From assembly GCA_964640995.1 (NCBI GenBank), contig CAZXJJ010000003.1, positions 198,829 through 262,828 on the forward strand: a stretch of DNA of 64,000 bases. Direction: 5' to 3'. Source of the stretch: an uncultured Caldisericota bacterium (GTDB lineage: Bacteria; Caldisericota; Caldisericia; B22-G15). How positions within the stretch are numbered: the stretch's first letter is position 1; every line of letters starts with the position of its first letter. The position numbers and the translations under genes were made by a program. Below the pieces are notes generated by a model. It worked only from the letters and a program-made list of their open reading frames with translations. It searched no databases and was not told the origin of the DNA. Positions 43,301 through 51,102 of the stretch are shown here, piece by piece.

Positions 43301-44013
43301 GTTGCAATTCCATGAGCAACTGACCATTGTAGTTGCTGAGAAATTGGAGTTAAAATGTCTAAACCTGTTCCTTTTGATAATCTTGCCGCAATAAGAGGAT
43401 TTCCTGGGAGATTTTGTGTATTATACGCTGGTTCCATATCAGATTGAACTGCAATGTCATAAACAACTCTACTTCCACAACAAGACGCTCTTAAAACCTC
43501 AAATAAAATTAATCCATCTCCTTGATTTAAATTATTATTATTATTATCTAAGAAATTCAAAACAAAATTTCTTCCACCAATTGTGATTGTCCATCTTGAT
43601 AATGTAGTTCCAAGTGGGAATGGACCATACCTTCTTGTATTGTTTGTAGCCGAAGGTGTTTCAAAAGTAGTATCTGGATCTATGAATAAATGATTTTGTT
43701 GACCATCACTTGCAATTATTGCATAGTATCTATCCATTAATCTTGAACCTGAAGCATCAGAAACAACTGTCAAAAAGAAATCTGTACCTAAACTAGGTGT
43801 GAAACCTGTCACAAACCATAAGAAAGAATATGGTCTTAAAGTAGAATTAACATCACCTCTTCGAGAGGTATAATCATATGTTACCGCCCACAATGCATTA
43901 ACGATCATTGTTGCGTTTCTTGTTGTTTGGGCATAAACTATCTTGTTACTTCTTAGTGGAACAAAGGAGAGGACCATTAATGCAATTAATATAAATGATA
44001 AAATTTTACGCAT
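37330..44013 (-). CDS. giant secreted cell-surface protein (2227 aa) with two C-terminal copper-amine-oxidase-N-terminal-like domains; candidate S-layer/surface-array protein
   Basis: Signal peptide MRKILSFILIALMVLSFVPL...AQ; Asn/Thr/Tyr/Gly/Val-rich, low Lys/Glu unlike the proteome; Ig-like repeats; terminal duplicated ...NGRTxVPLRFIAEAFGA.V.W... domains; no enzymatic motif recognised. Confidence 0.8.
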   Translation of the reverse strand: MRKILSFILIALMVLSFVPLRSNKIVYAQTTRNATMIVNALWAVTYDYTSRRGDVNSTLRPYSFLWFVTGFTPSLGTDFFLTVVSDASGSRLMDRYYAIIASDGQQNHLFIDPDTTFETPSATNNTRRYGPFPLGTTLSRWTITIGGRNFVLNFLDNNNNNLNQGDGLILFEVLRASCCGSRVVYDIAVQSDMEPAYNTQNLPGNPLIAARLSKGTGLDILTPISQQLQWSVAHGIATTVFHNITLTSREFLDLEIWFDNGYNNILNAQSLLIANNTKDDYDPEVAAEQWFGQVNGNYGDLLNQGQVIRVTDLYGNKLYILDTDSDYVIDNNEFVLEPVEGELFFKVKHIIQLLPSVSQSPELIIADTNVIDIDGGGVISPGDTVVANDSYQSQTPLLYPGLTLIYGDFRGFDIPVLPGEITLDVKVFETYPGGKDVDRLRVEQTYTVIVSLPEDCVLPPGAKVHVLAQVPGYHPVNLGNPPTPSYVEGYETVLPGGDFYLSATQKSYRFEITPWRGSLAKTMKHDFPQVRISAYAEIYDAIGPVDGVYGNVTIPFPADAYVENNEPDYIFVDGVYRDMYDCWFSKFYPIEPEVIIARGDRECISFLDQRFPNFGIYIENSNNLIDVDDPFGPFNPAQDTNIYAYVNASGGGILWYALVRDTYNNLYILQKGSSVDYLWLMNDQAPYNVYNWRSPNEILNSTPISVSAMTFSDNILKNGIPDNGETVVGNNTIYTIVDYPLPVVIVNSMVMVPVKPPTKECDEIKFTVFTTTNYWNILYPLSNTYIQEQNLDTRNAYWYDYPVYPQNLDFQLIDYMTTTPVTVKTAKIYDINFADFEIVDNGLRYSQFGNPYPPYGPVTNQFPWILRNLTMELRSYPGGQSNLPGSGWGYNWQGQPNSGPVSASAVVGLTNGFNSRHAQFREVFWKLGTEYYPLTNYTIRFILKDKDGDHLKPDSVIVEGIKASKDGQPVFMVGPFNGAYTYNTTPNLPKSYRHFDRWTVTSFSSTLLEAPGGYFINNFEFEDGWIFNNVVLLQGIIPTGPGYIKVTATYGTSKVTYKYCTSCMDTPENIPVHAVELVTDKSDLEVDADNTLKVTAKVYPFDNVTTPYGETTITTKQPLANNVVMFLWHDRGILHPVRPTTGVRFGVGDGWISGQTPKGGTRLNVNNDTTNNTPVLSPVYNGFDFTGDGRISYKQYETEIIGTYDIATRAWSGGFISYTALTTNINQGEYIFSLTDAFGAQINEIGFDFNADGILADDEVIPVRLTSYVYGDDGINPRVANRLTGNIEDWEVYLAGQRELRVVGRKDLRIETRPCLTAGVVPELNGSEPLTFVVTDKDGKPVNLSVGIGGITVTDANIQNWLFRPSDGKNNWVRVLLNSTVDKNKWNSSVIATRSFAEKAKGIYKFLGFTANDEGKFTVSVFTPDRKRFGEVEVVVELPRVKWEIVNLEDPNGTVHTVPGDPDFVMTAGDLRFYKVTVTATDCNGKPIGGPGKPAEDCRPEVEGVYAGFLPYVAYTPHYFNLVATSYDEAGRVYSFYEPREPEFGYGFTKFSIFGDTVVDGVPNPPDTGTWTNNAIYNKDYNYDKWNWGQLFPDLSGDECLITLADTIPLDENGKATFFVITTDIGALSGILGKNLYNNADLNNDRALWLDWYANANKKVDIDFLKFKVLNSETRTELTKDIFNRNYYDLTYGLENHLLVNALPADNRDLPARPGIQVQLVGNVEVWAYGTLDENSMATLNFRPRGTGTKVAYLAVVNHYGDDFFWYHDMLWPWWKKFNSAGEPLYWTYDDRAPDFTSDYVCPNNIVVSPLGHDFADARELTRISPPVGNSSWPLPYFDSAKGLDLTIKGELVFGVETEVTVRVVEAGPNFPVAGAEVTLYGAGVNLSGVTDANGVAKFMVKPTEAGEILVSASRDGYIPGKVVVVVGADKIAPELTVDKPVSPTNKPTVKITGIASDNAGVPTVIVNGNVATVDADGKFSADVTLKEGENEIVVVAKDKSGNKTEKMVKVVLDTIPPEVTVILPVGPITSTKVKLTGYVEVGAKVMVNDKPATVANDDWEIELTLVYGVNKVTIVATDAVGNTKKIETSVTVFRKTTLELQIGNPTPKVNGVFSEPLEVAPFIKDGRTMVPLRFIAEAFGAQVEWIPETKGINITLSLKSVVTTIGLQVGNPTAIVNGQVVTLDVAPVIVNGRTFVPLRFVAEAFGAKVDWNSLYQLVTIEFLWYN

Positions 44014-44420
44014 AAGCGTAAACCTCCTTTAAATTAAAAATTTTTGAGGAATCCGTCCTCACGCGGGGTTAGGGTCTTTAAAAACTCTTTAAGTCTTTTA
44101 TCCTCCCTAACCTTTAAGATAAAAGACTTTTTCCTTTTCACCTTCTAATACCACCTCCTCTCTTTAAAAGTTTTGAGTTTGAGAAATTTTTAGCGTCTCC
44201 TACCCACTCTGGTATAACCCAGCGGTTCAGAGTTACTGCCATACTCAAACTCCAAATATTAGTATGCAAATTTAGTGCCAAAATTTGATAAGATAAAATT
44301 AAGGCTTTTTTAAATAAAAAAAGAGCTTCATAAAAAATTTTTTGTGAAAAATTTATACATATTGTAAAAATTCCTTTTATAAATCATAAAATTTTACTTG
44401 TTACCAATTTTCACAACTTT
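44014..44420 (-). promoter_or_regulatory. long structured 5' leader/promoter region of the giant surface-protein gene
   Basis: About 450 bp non-coding; GC-rich inverted repeats embedded in AT-rich DNA (GGTTAGGG...CCCTAACC; GAGGA-CGGAT-TCCTC just upstream of the AAGGAGG RBS; GAGTTTGAGTA...TACTCAAACTC enclosing a GC-rich core). Confidence 0.4.
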
Positions 44421-44471
44421 GTGTAAATATAACTCAAGATTAAATTAGTGTATTAATAACAAAATAAAAAA

Positions 44472-44495
44472 AGCCCTGGAATTTCTCCCAGGGCT
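44472..44495 (-). terminator. intrinsic terminator of the S8 protease gene (AGCCCTGG-AATTTCTC-CCAGGGCT + T7 on minus strand)
   Basis: 8-bp stem, A7/T7 flanks; sequence related to the 37237 and 32738 hairpins. Confidence 0.6.
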
Positions 44496-44515
44496 TAGAT
44501 TTTTAAAATAATTTT

Positions 44516-47500
44516 TTAAGGTCTTCCCACTACATCGTGAATAGTTACACCCTCTCTTTTCATGTTAAGAGTTATTCTGAAAGATTGTTTAAAGAAATTT
44601 CCATCAAAAATAAGATTTACATTTCCATCAGCAAAAGCAACAAATGCCTTTCCTGATAAAGGATCAAATTGGAATCTTGTTGAACCATACCAATTTGTAT
44701 ATAGGTTTCTACTTGGCCATACAAATCTCCATGAATTTGTTGATGGATTTATCTGGAAGAAATATCCTCTTGAAATATTTCTGGCTGTTGGAAGAACTAA
44801 ACTTGAATTACCAGCAAAATCTATTGCTTCGACATGGAATGTGTGACCAATTGGAGAACCTGAAAGCGTGTACGATGTTACTGAAGGAGAAACAGTTGCA
44901 ACAAGTGTACCATTTTTATATATCTTGTAACCCCAAATGCCACTTCTTTCATCTGTTGCACTCCAAGAGATAACTGTGTTACCTGAGCTTTCAACCACAT
45001 TCCAAGTTATAATGGGTGATACAGTATCTATAATCAATGGAAAGTCTCTGATGTCATATGTTATAGGACCACCAGTTGGATCAGTTCCTGCCTCAGCTTG
45101 AATTCTAAAGAAATAACTTCCATCTGGTAAAACATTTCCATTTGTATCTCTACCATCCCAAACCCAATCATTATTCCATCCGTACCAATATGTATACCAA
45201 CCTGTTTGTAAGCCATTTTTTCTGACATACGTGTCAACTATAGGTGTTAAAAGTCTTTGTCTTGAACTATTCAAAATTTGAAATTGAATTTCTCTTGTGC
45301 CTCTTAATAGTGAAATGAGAGACCACACTTCATCTTTTATACCATCTCCATTTGGAGATATAGCTATTTTATTTCTTAGGAGTTGATTGTTAAAATCTCT
45401 TCCGAGTGGATAAAAAGTTTGACCAACTAGTTCATAAAGCCATGTATAACCAAACCACCACCAATATTCATCTGGATCGTATGCAATTGGATCGATAACA
45501 GGATTACGTGTGTAAAATGGTGTAGGTTGTCTATGATCATAAGATACATCTTGCCAATCACCATGAAGAATTGCAAAAGGAATATTTAAACTTGGGTGAG
45601 GCCCTGGTGAGGTTAAATATATGAAACCATCAACGAAAACATTATCAAAAGCTGAGAATAAATTCATATCAAGTTCCATAAAGAACTCGACGCTTCCATT
45701 TGCAGGAACTGTTATAGATGTTATTGGATTTAAGAATAAATCTCTAAATGTGAAGCCTGTTGTACCATGCATATATAGGTAACTTCTTACATACCAAATC
45801 ATTCTACGTCCTGATAAATTGTAAGTTAATGGAGATGAAGTTCTATTTACAACTCTTATTTTCTCTATGAAGAATGAAGCATATTCACTATCTCCTGTAA
45901 TCCAAGGAGAATTAGGGTTATTTCCATATACTAAAACTTTATAATTTATAGCATTTAATGCTTTAACCATATCGATTCTTCCTGAACCCTGTAATCTCGG
46001 TGAAAATGGAAAACCTGCTATTGTTAAAATAGTTGATGTTGTCATAAGAATGTTTTTTATCTCCTCTGGTTTAAGTGTTGGGTCTTTCTCAAGCATAAGT
46101 GCTGCTGCACCTGCAACATGAGGTGCTGCCATCGAGGTTCCAGAATACACTGCATAACCACCATCAGGTACTGTTGAGTAAATAAATCCACCAGGAGCAG
46201 ATAGTTCTGGTTTTCCTTCCATAAATGGAGTTAGTCCCCAAGATGTAAATGCAGATGGTTGATTGACTGTTGCTACTGGAGCAGATGACATTAATCCTGT
46301 GAATCTAATTCTTGGAGATGTTAAACTTCTTAAATATAAACCATCAGAGCGTCCTATAAATATTGCAGGTATTGTTATATCACTTGCTAACGCCATAGTA
46401 AGAAGAGCATCTCCACCAGTTGCGTGATTATGAACAATTGCTGCTATTGCTCCTGCAGCTTGTGCGTTTCTTACTTTAGTAAGAAAAGTTGCACCTCCTC
46501 TTTCCATTAAAGCAATTCTTCCAGGAACAAAATTTGAAAAATCTTCAGGAACGTTTCCAAAACCAACAAATTGAACATCATAAGAAATTGTTGTCCCTAA
46601 AACAGTTACAGGATCAGGAGATGGACTACCAACAAAATACTCTATACTTACATTTGGTGTTTGACTTGTTTCTAAAGCATATGGAGCTACTACACGAGAG
46701 TTATCAGAAGAAGCAACTGAAATAACTGCTGGTGTTGTTGATGGATCACCTACAACACCAATATCTGGATAGACCATACTTGATCTTCCATTTCCAAAAG
46801 TTGGTATCCAAATATAAGGAGAATACTGGTAATAATCGTTTCCTGCTGATATTGTTACAACAATTCCTGCTCTTACTGCATTAGATATAGCGATCTGTTC
46901 AGGGTCATCTGGTTGATTGAATCCACAATCAGAACCAAAAGACATGTTTATAACATCAACTCCTAAATTTGTAAGATACTCAAATGCAGCAACAATAGAT
47001 TCACCTGTTGCAGAACCTAAACATCCTCTTACTATCTTTGCTGCAACAAGTTTTGCATCTTTTGCAACACCCTTAAGAGTTCCATCTGCTGCAACAATTC
47101 CAGCAACATGAGTTCCATGTCCTTGACAATCTCTCGGGTCATTATCCCAATCACCAAAATCGTATCCTGCAATTACTTTTGAATTTGGAAATCCTGGACC
47201 TCCTAAATCTGGATGATTGTAATCAATTCCAGTATCAACAATTCCAACAACAATTCCTTGACCAGTATAACCAAGACCACCAGATGGTTGTCCGCCTTGG
47301 ATTAAAGGAACAGAAAAACTTAAATCCAACTTCCATACTCTTGGAAAAGAAATTCTTCTGACATAAGGAATTTTTTCTAGTTTTTTGTATTCGCTAATTG
47401 GAATTTCAATTGTTATTTGATTATAGATATTTTTGGTTTTTGTGACAACTTTATAATTAATTTTTAATGAATCAAGATAATTTATAACTTGAGCTTGTTG

Positions 47501-47812
47501 AAATTCTATTCTGAATGGATTTCCTCTGTTAACAACTGGTGGCTCTTGAAGTGTTAAGATTAATCTTATTTTACCCTCTTCTTTAACAATCGGTAAATCT
47601 GCATAATATTTTGGGATTTTTACTCCATCAATTACTACATAATTAAGTAGCATTGGAACACCTTTTGTTATGTCTGGAGGTGTTCGATTTAGTTGTAAAA
47701 ACTCTTCTTCATTTACTAAATCTGGTTCTGGAGTACTTTTTGCATTAACTCTTAACCCTTGCAGCAATAAAAATAGTAGTAAAATCAAAACAACAATCGC
47801 AAGCTTTCTCAT
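44516..47812 (-). CDS. secreted subtilisin-like serine protease (peptidase S8) with PA-domain insertion and C-terminal Ig/Fn3-like domains
   Basis: 1098 aa; signal peptide; catalytic triad contexts VGIVDTGID (Asp), HGTHVAGI (His), GTSMAAPHVAG (Ser); N-terminal propeptide-like region. Confidence 0.85.
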   Translation of the reverse strand: MRKLAIVVLILLLFLLLQGLRVNAKSTPEPDLVNEEEFLQLNRTPPDITKGVPMLLNYVVIDGVKIPKYYADLPIVKEEGKIRLILTLQEPPVVNRGNPFRIEFQQAQVINYLDSLKINYKVVTKTKNIYNQITIEIPISEYKKLEKIPYVRRISFPRVWKLDLSFSVPLIQGGQPSGGLGYTGQGIVVGIVDTGIDYNHPDLGGPGFPNSKVIAGYDFGDWDNDPRDCQGHGTHVAGIVAADGTLKGVAKDAKLVAAKIVRGCLGSATGESIVAAFEYLTNLGVDVINMSFGSDCGFNQPDDPEQIAISNAVRAGIVVTISAGNDYYQYSPYIWIPTFGNGRSSMVYPDIGVVGDPSTTPAVISVASSDNSRVVAPYALETSQTPNVSIEYFVGSPSPDPVTVLGTTISYDVQFVGFGNVPEDFSNFVPGRIALMERGGATFLTKVRNAQAAGAIAAIVHNHATGGDALLTMALASDITIPAIFIGRSDGLYLRSLTSPRIRFTGLMSSAPVATVNQPSAFTSWGLTPFMEGKPELSAPGGFIYSTVPDGGYAVYSGTSMAAPHVAGAAALMLEKDPTLKPEEIKNILMTTSTILTIAGFPFSPRLQGSGRIDMVKALNAINYKVLVYGNNPNSPWITGDSEYASFFIEKIRVVNRTSSPLTYNLSGRRMIWYVRSYLYMHGTTGFTFRDLFLNPITSITVPANGSVEFFMELDMNLFSAFDNVFVDGFIYLTSPGPHPSLNIPFAILHGDWQDVSYDHRQPTPFYTRNPVIDPIAYDPDEYWWWFGYTWLYELVGQTFYPLGRDFNNQLLRNKIAISPNGDGIKDEVWSLISLLRGTREIQFQILNSSRQRLLTPIVDTYVRKNGLQTGWYTYWYGWNNDWVWDGRDTNGNVLPDGSYFFRIQAEAGTDPTGGPITYDIRDFPLIIDTVSPIITWNVVESSGNTVISWSATDERSGIWGYKIYKNGTLVATVSPSVTSYTLSGSPIGHTFHVEAIDFAGNSSLVLPTARNISRGYFFQINPSTNSWRFVWPSRNLYTNWYGSTRFQFDPLSGKAFVAFADGNVNLIFDGNFFKQSFRITLNMKREGVTIHDVVGRP

Positions 47813-47933
47813 AACTCCTCCAATTTTTATAATTTAGATACATTATAAACCTTTAATTGTTTTTGTCAAGATATTTCCAAATTTAGATATTATCATAAAC
47901 AAAATTTTGATTGTTATAGACAAAATTATAACT

Positions 47934-50363
47934 TTAAATAATAAGGTTAATTGTAGAATTTTCTGCAAAAGCAAGGTAAGTTCCAACTCCCCCCTCTTCA
48001 ATTCCATCAATGAGTTCTTCTCTTTTTATTCCCATTAAATCCATTGTCATACTGCAAGCAATAATTTTTCCACCATTTTTAATGAAAGTTTCAAGAAGTT
48101 CATCTGGTTGCATAACATTATATTTTTTCATGATTCCCTTGATCATTTTTGTTCCAATTCCTAACATGTTCATTTTAGATAAAGTCAATTTTTTTGCTCC
48201 TCTTGGCATCATCATTCCAAACATTTTTTCAACAAAACTCTTTTTAACTTGAACCTTAAAATCCTTTCTTAAAACATTCAAACCCCAAAATGTACAAAAA
48301 ATTGAAACTTTTTTACCCATAGAAAGAGCCCCATTTCCAATAATCAAAGATGCCATAACTTTATCAAAATCATTTGAAAATAGAATTATTGAAACTGAAT
48401 CACTTCTTTGTTTTTGAGTTATTTTTTCTAAAACATCTTGAGGTTTCTCTTTTTTAAGAAGTGCTTTGATTGCTTTTCCTTTTTCAAGATTAAGAAGTGA
48501 AAGGCCTTTGCTTTGAGCATAAGATTTTATATCATTATAAAATCCTGGATCAGTTGCTTCAACTTCAATTAAAGTTCCTTCACTAACCTTATCAAGAGTC
48601 TCTTTAAGCTTCATAAGTGGTCCTGGACAAGAAAGTCCTCTAGCATCAACTTTAACTATCTCTTCACCTTTTTTTATTTCACTCATTTCTTTTTTAAACT
48701 CTAACTCTTTTTTTGTGCTTTTTTCTCCTCCAAAACAAGAGGAGTAAAATGTTAAACCACCTGAAAGATATTTTGCATTAAATCCATTTTCTAGAAGAAG
48801 TCTTAAAGCATTATATGCTCTTTGACCTTTTCCACAGCACACAATATAAAGTTTATTTTTTTCGAGTTCATTTAATCTATTCCTTAATTCTGTCAAAGGA
48901 ATGTTAATTGAATTTTCGAGTTTGCTTGCAAAGGTCTCTTCTTTTTCTCTTATATCAAGAAGCGCTGCTCCTTTTTTAACCAACTCATCAATCTCGAAAA
49001 TCGAAACTTTTGGAGCAATACCTGAAAGATCATCTTCAGCCATAGTTCCAATAATGTTTAGAGGATTTTTTGCATGCCCATACTGAGGAGAATATGCAAA
49101 ATCGATATCCTTTAGTTCTGTTATTTTTGAATTAAATCTCATTGCTGTTGCAAGTGAGTTTATAATTGTATCTACTCCATCAAAGCCTACTGCTTGCCCT
49201 CCTAATATTTTTCCAGTTTTTGCTTCATAAAAAACTTTTATATAAAGTGGATATGCATCTGGGAAGTAACCTGCATGATTTAAAGTTGAGAGACATTCAA
49301 ATTTATAATTGATTCCTAATTTTTCCAAAGTTTGGGAGTTTAATCCAGTTGAAGCACCAGTTATATTAAAAATTTTAACAATTGCTGTTCCCATTGAACC
49401 AAGATATTTTGAGTTTATTCCGCAAATATTATCCGCTGCAACTCTTGCCTGTTTGTGAGTTGGACCTGCAAGAGGAATTCTTGTTTTTGTTCCTGAAACA
49501 AAATTTACTATCTCAACCGCATCTCCAATTGCAAAAATATTTGGTTCAGATGTTCTCATAAATTCATCTACCAAAATTCCACCTGTTTCACCAATCAAAA
49601 GACCTGCATCTTTCGCAAGAGTGATTTCGGGTCTTACACCAATTGAAAAAATTACAAAATCACTTGATATTCCCACTCCATTTTCTAAAACTGTTTCTAT
49701 TTTTTCGTCTTTTTCTTTAAACTCTTTTACAGCAGAACCTAAAAAAAGATCTACCTCATTTAATTCAATTTCATCATGAATGTAAGATATTAAATCTTTA
49801 TCAAGAAAAGATAAAACCTGAGGAAGTGCTTCAACTAAATTAACCTTAACCCCTTTTCTTACCAAATTTTCTGTAACCTCAATTCCAATAAATCCTCCTC
49901 CAACAACCGTTGCTTCTTTTTTTCCACTATCTATTTGCTCCACAATTTTATCTGCATCTCCGATTGTTCTTAAAGTGAAAATTTTTGAAGATTCAATCCC
50001 TGGAATTTTTGGTTTTAAAGGTGAAGCACCAGGAGATAAAACTAAGAAGTCATAATACTCTTCAAACTCTTCTTGAGTTTCCAAATTTTTAACTAAAACT
50101 TTTTTCTCTTGAGGGAAAATTTTTATTACCTCATGCCTTGTGTATGCATCTATGTTATATTTTTTTTTCATATCATCTGGAGTTGTAACAAAAAGCCTCT
50201 CTCTTGGAACAAGACCACCAATATAATATGGAATTCCACAATTTGCATAAGATATAAAATAATCTCTCTCATAAATTTTAATCTCTGCATCACTCTTTAA
50301 CCTTCTTATTCTCGTTGCACAAGTTGCTCCACCAGCAACACCACCAACTATTATTACTTTCAT
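47934..50363 (-). CDS. CoA-disulfide reductase fused to rhodanese, TusA-like and DsrE-like domains
   Basis: 809 aa; N-terminal FAD/NAD(P) oxidoreductase with single redox Cys (SYANCGIPYY), rhodanese Cys (CCGKGQR), TusA CPxP motif (LSCPGPL), C-terminal DsrE/DsrF-like domain. Confidence 0.8.
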   Translation of the reverse strand: MKVIIVGGVAGGATCATRIRRLKSDAEIKIYERDYFISYANCGIPYYIGGLVPRERLFVTTPDDMKKKYNIDAYTRHEVIKIFPQEKKVLVKNLETQEEFEEYYDFLVLSPGASPLKPKIPGIESSKIFTLRTIGDADKIVEQIDSGKKEATVVGGGFIGIEVTENLVRKGVKVNLVEALPQVLSFLDKDLISYIHDEIELNEVDLFLGSAVKEFKEKDEKIETVLENGVGISSDFVIFSIGVRPEITLAKDAGLLIGETGGILVDEFMRTSEPNIFAIGDAVEIVNFVSGTKTRIPLAGPTHKQARVAADNICGINSKYLGSMGTAIVKIFNITGASTGLNSQTLEKLGINYKFECLSTLNHAGYFPDAYPLYIKVFYEAKTGKILGGQAVGFDGVDTIINSLATAMRFNSKITELKDIDFAYSPQYGHAKNPLNIIGTMAEDDLSGIAPKVSIFEIDELVKKGAALLDIREKEETFASKLENSINIPLTELRNRLNELEKNKLYIVCCGKGQRAYNALRLLLENGFNAKYLSGGLTFYSSCFGGEKSTKKELEFKKEMSEIKKGEEIVKVDARGLSCPGPLMKLKETLDKVSEGTLIEVEATDPGFYNDIKSYAQSKGLSLLNLEKGKAIKALLKKEKPQDVLEKITQKQRSDSVSIILFSNDFDKVMASLIIGNGALSMGKKVSIFCTFWGLNVLRKDFKVQVKKSFVEKMFGMMMPRGAKKLTLSKMNMLGIGTKMIKGIMKKYNVMQPDELLETFIKNGGKIIACSMTMDLMGIKREELIDGIEEGGVGTYLAFAENSTINLII

Positions 50364-50460
50364 ATTCTCTCCTTTCCTATAAAAATATAAGATTCTAAAA
50401 CCATTGTATCAAAATAAAATTCTCTTGACAAAAATTTTAAATTTGATAAGTTTATAAAAA

Positions 50461-51102
50461 ATGGATTATCTATATAAAAACTTGGATAAAATTTTTTCAA
50501 GAACTCTTGAACATTTTCATATTGTATCTATATCTCTATTATTGTCTATTTTTTTTGGTATTTTAATTGGAGTTCTGATTTCTAAAAATGAAAAATTAGC
50601 AGGTTTTGTTTTGAAAATTATAAGTACTCTTTTTACAATTCCATCTCTTTCTCTTTTTGGAATTTTAATTGTGATTTTATCCCCACTAAAAATAGGAATT
50701 GGAAAAATTCCTGCAATTATAGCTCTTTTTATATATACTCTTCTTCCTATAACAAGAAACACTTATACTGCAATTATAAATATTGACAAAGGAATAATTG
50801 AAAGTGCAATGGGAATGGGAATGAAAAACAGAGAAATAATATTTAAAGTCATTTTTCCTCTTGCAGTTCCATATCTTATGGCTGGAATTAGAGTTGGATT
50901 TGTTTTAGGAATTGGAGTTGGAGTAGTCTCATTTTTAATTGGAGCAGGTGGCCTTGGATATTTTATTTTTGAAGGAATTGAGAGAAGCAATAAAAATATG
51001 ATATTAACAGGAGTTTTTTTGATCTCTTTATTAAGTATATTAATAAATTATATTTTATATTTCTTAGAGAAATTTTTAACTCCAAAAGGAGTTAGAATAT
51101 GA
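50461..51102 (+). CDS. opuCB: glycine betaine/carnitine/choline ABC transporter permease
   Basis: 213 aa polytopic, OpuCB/ProW-type EAA loop. Confidence 0.75.
   Translation: MDYLYKNLDKIFSRTLEHFHIVSISLLLSIFFGILIGVLISKNEKLAGFVLKIISTLFTIPSLSLFGILIVILSPLKIGIGKIPAIIALFIYTLLPITRNTYTAIINIDKGIIESAMGMGMKNREIIFKVIFPLAVPYLMAGIRVGFVLGIGVGVVSFLIGAGGLGYFIFEGIERSNKNMILTGVFLISLLSILINYILYFLEKFLTPKGVRI

Noticed and set aside
44014-44420. c-di-GMP-I (GEMM) riboswitch in the giant-gene leader
   Set aside because: Only short stretches (GGCAGTAAC, GACGCTAAA) resemble the GEMM core and no convincing P2 helix or tetraloop-receptor arrangement is present, so it is kept as an unclassified structured leader
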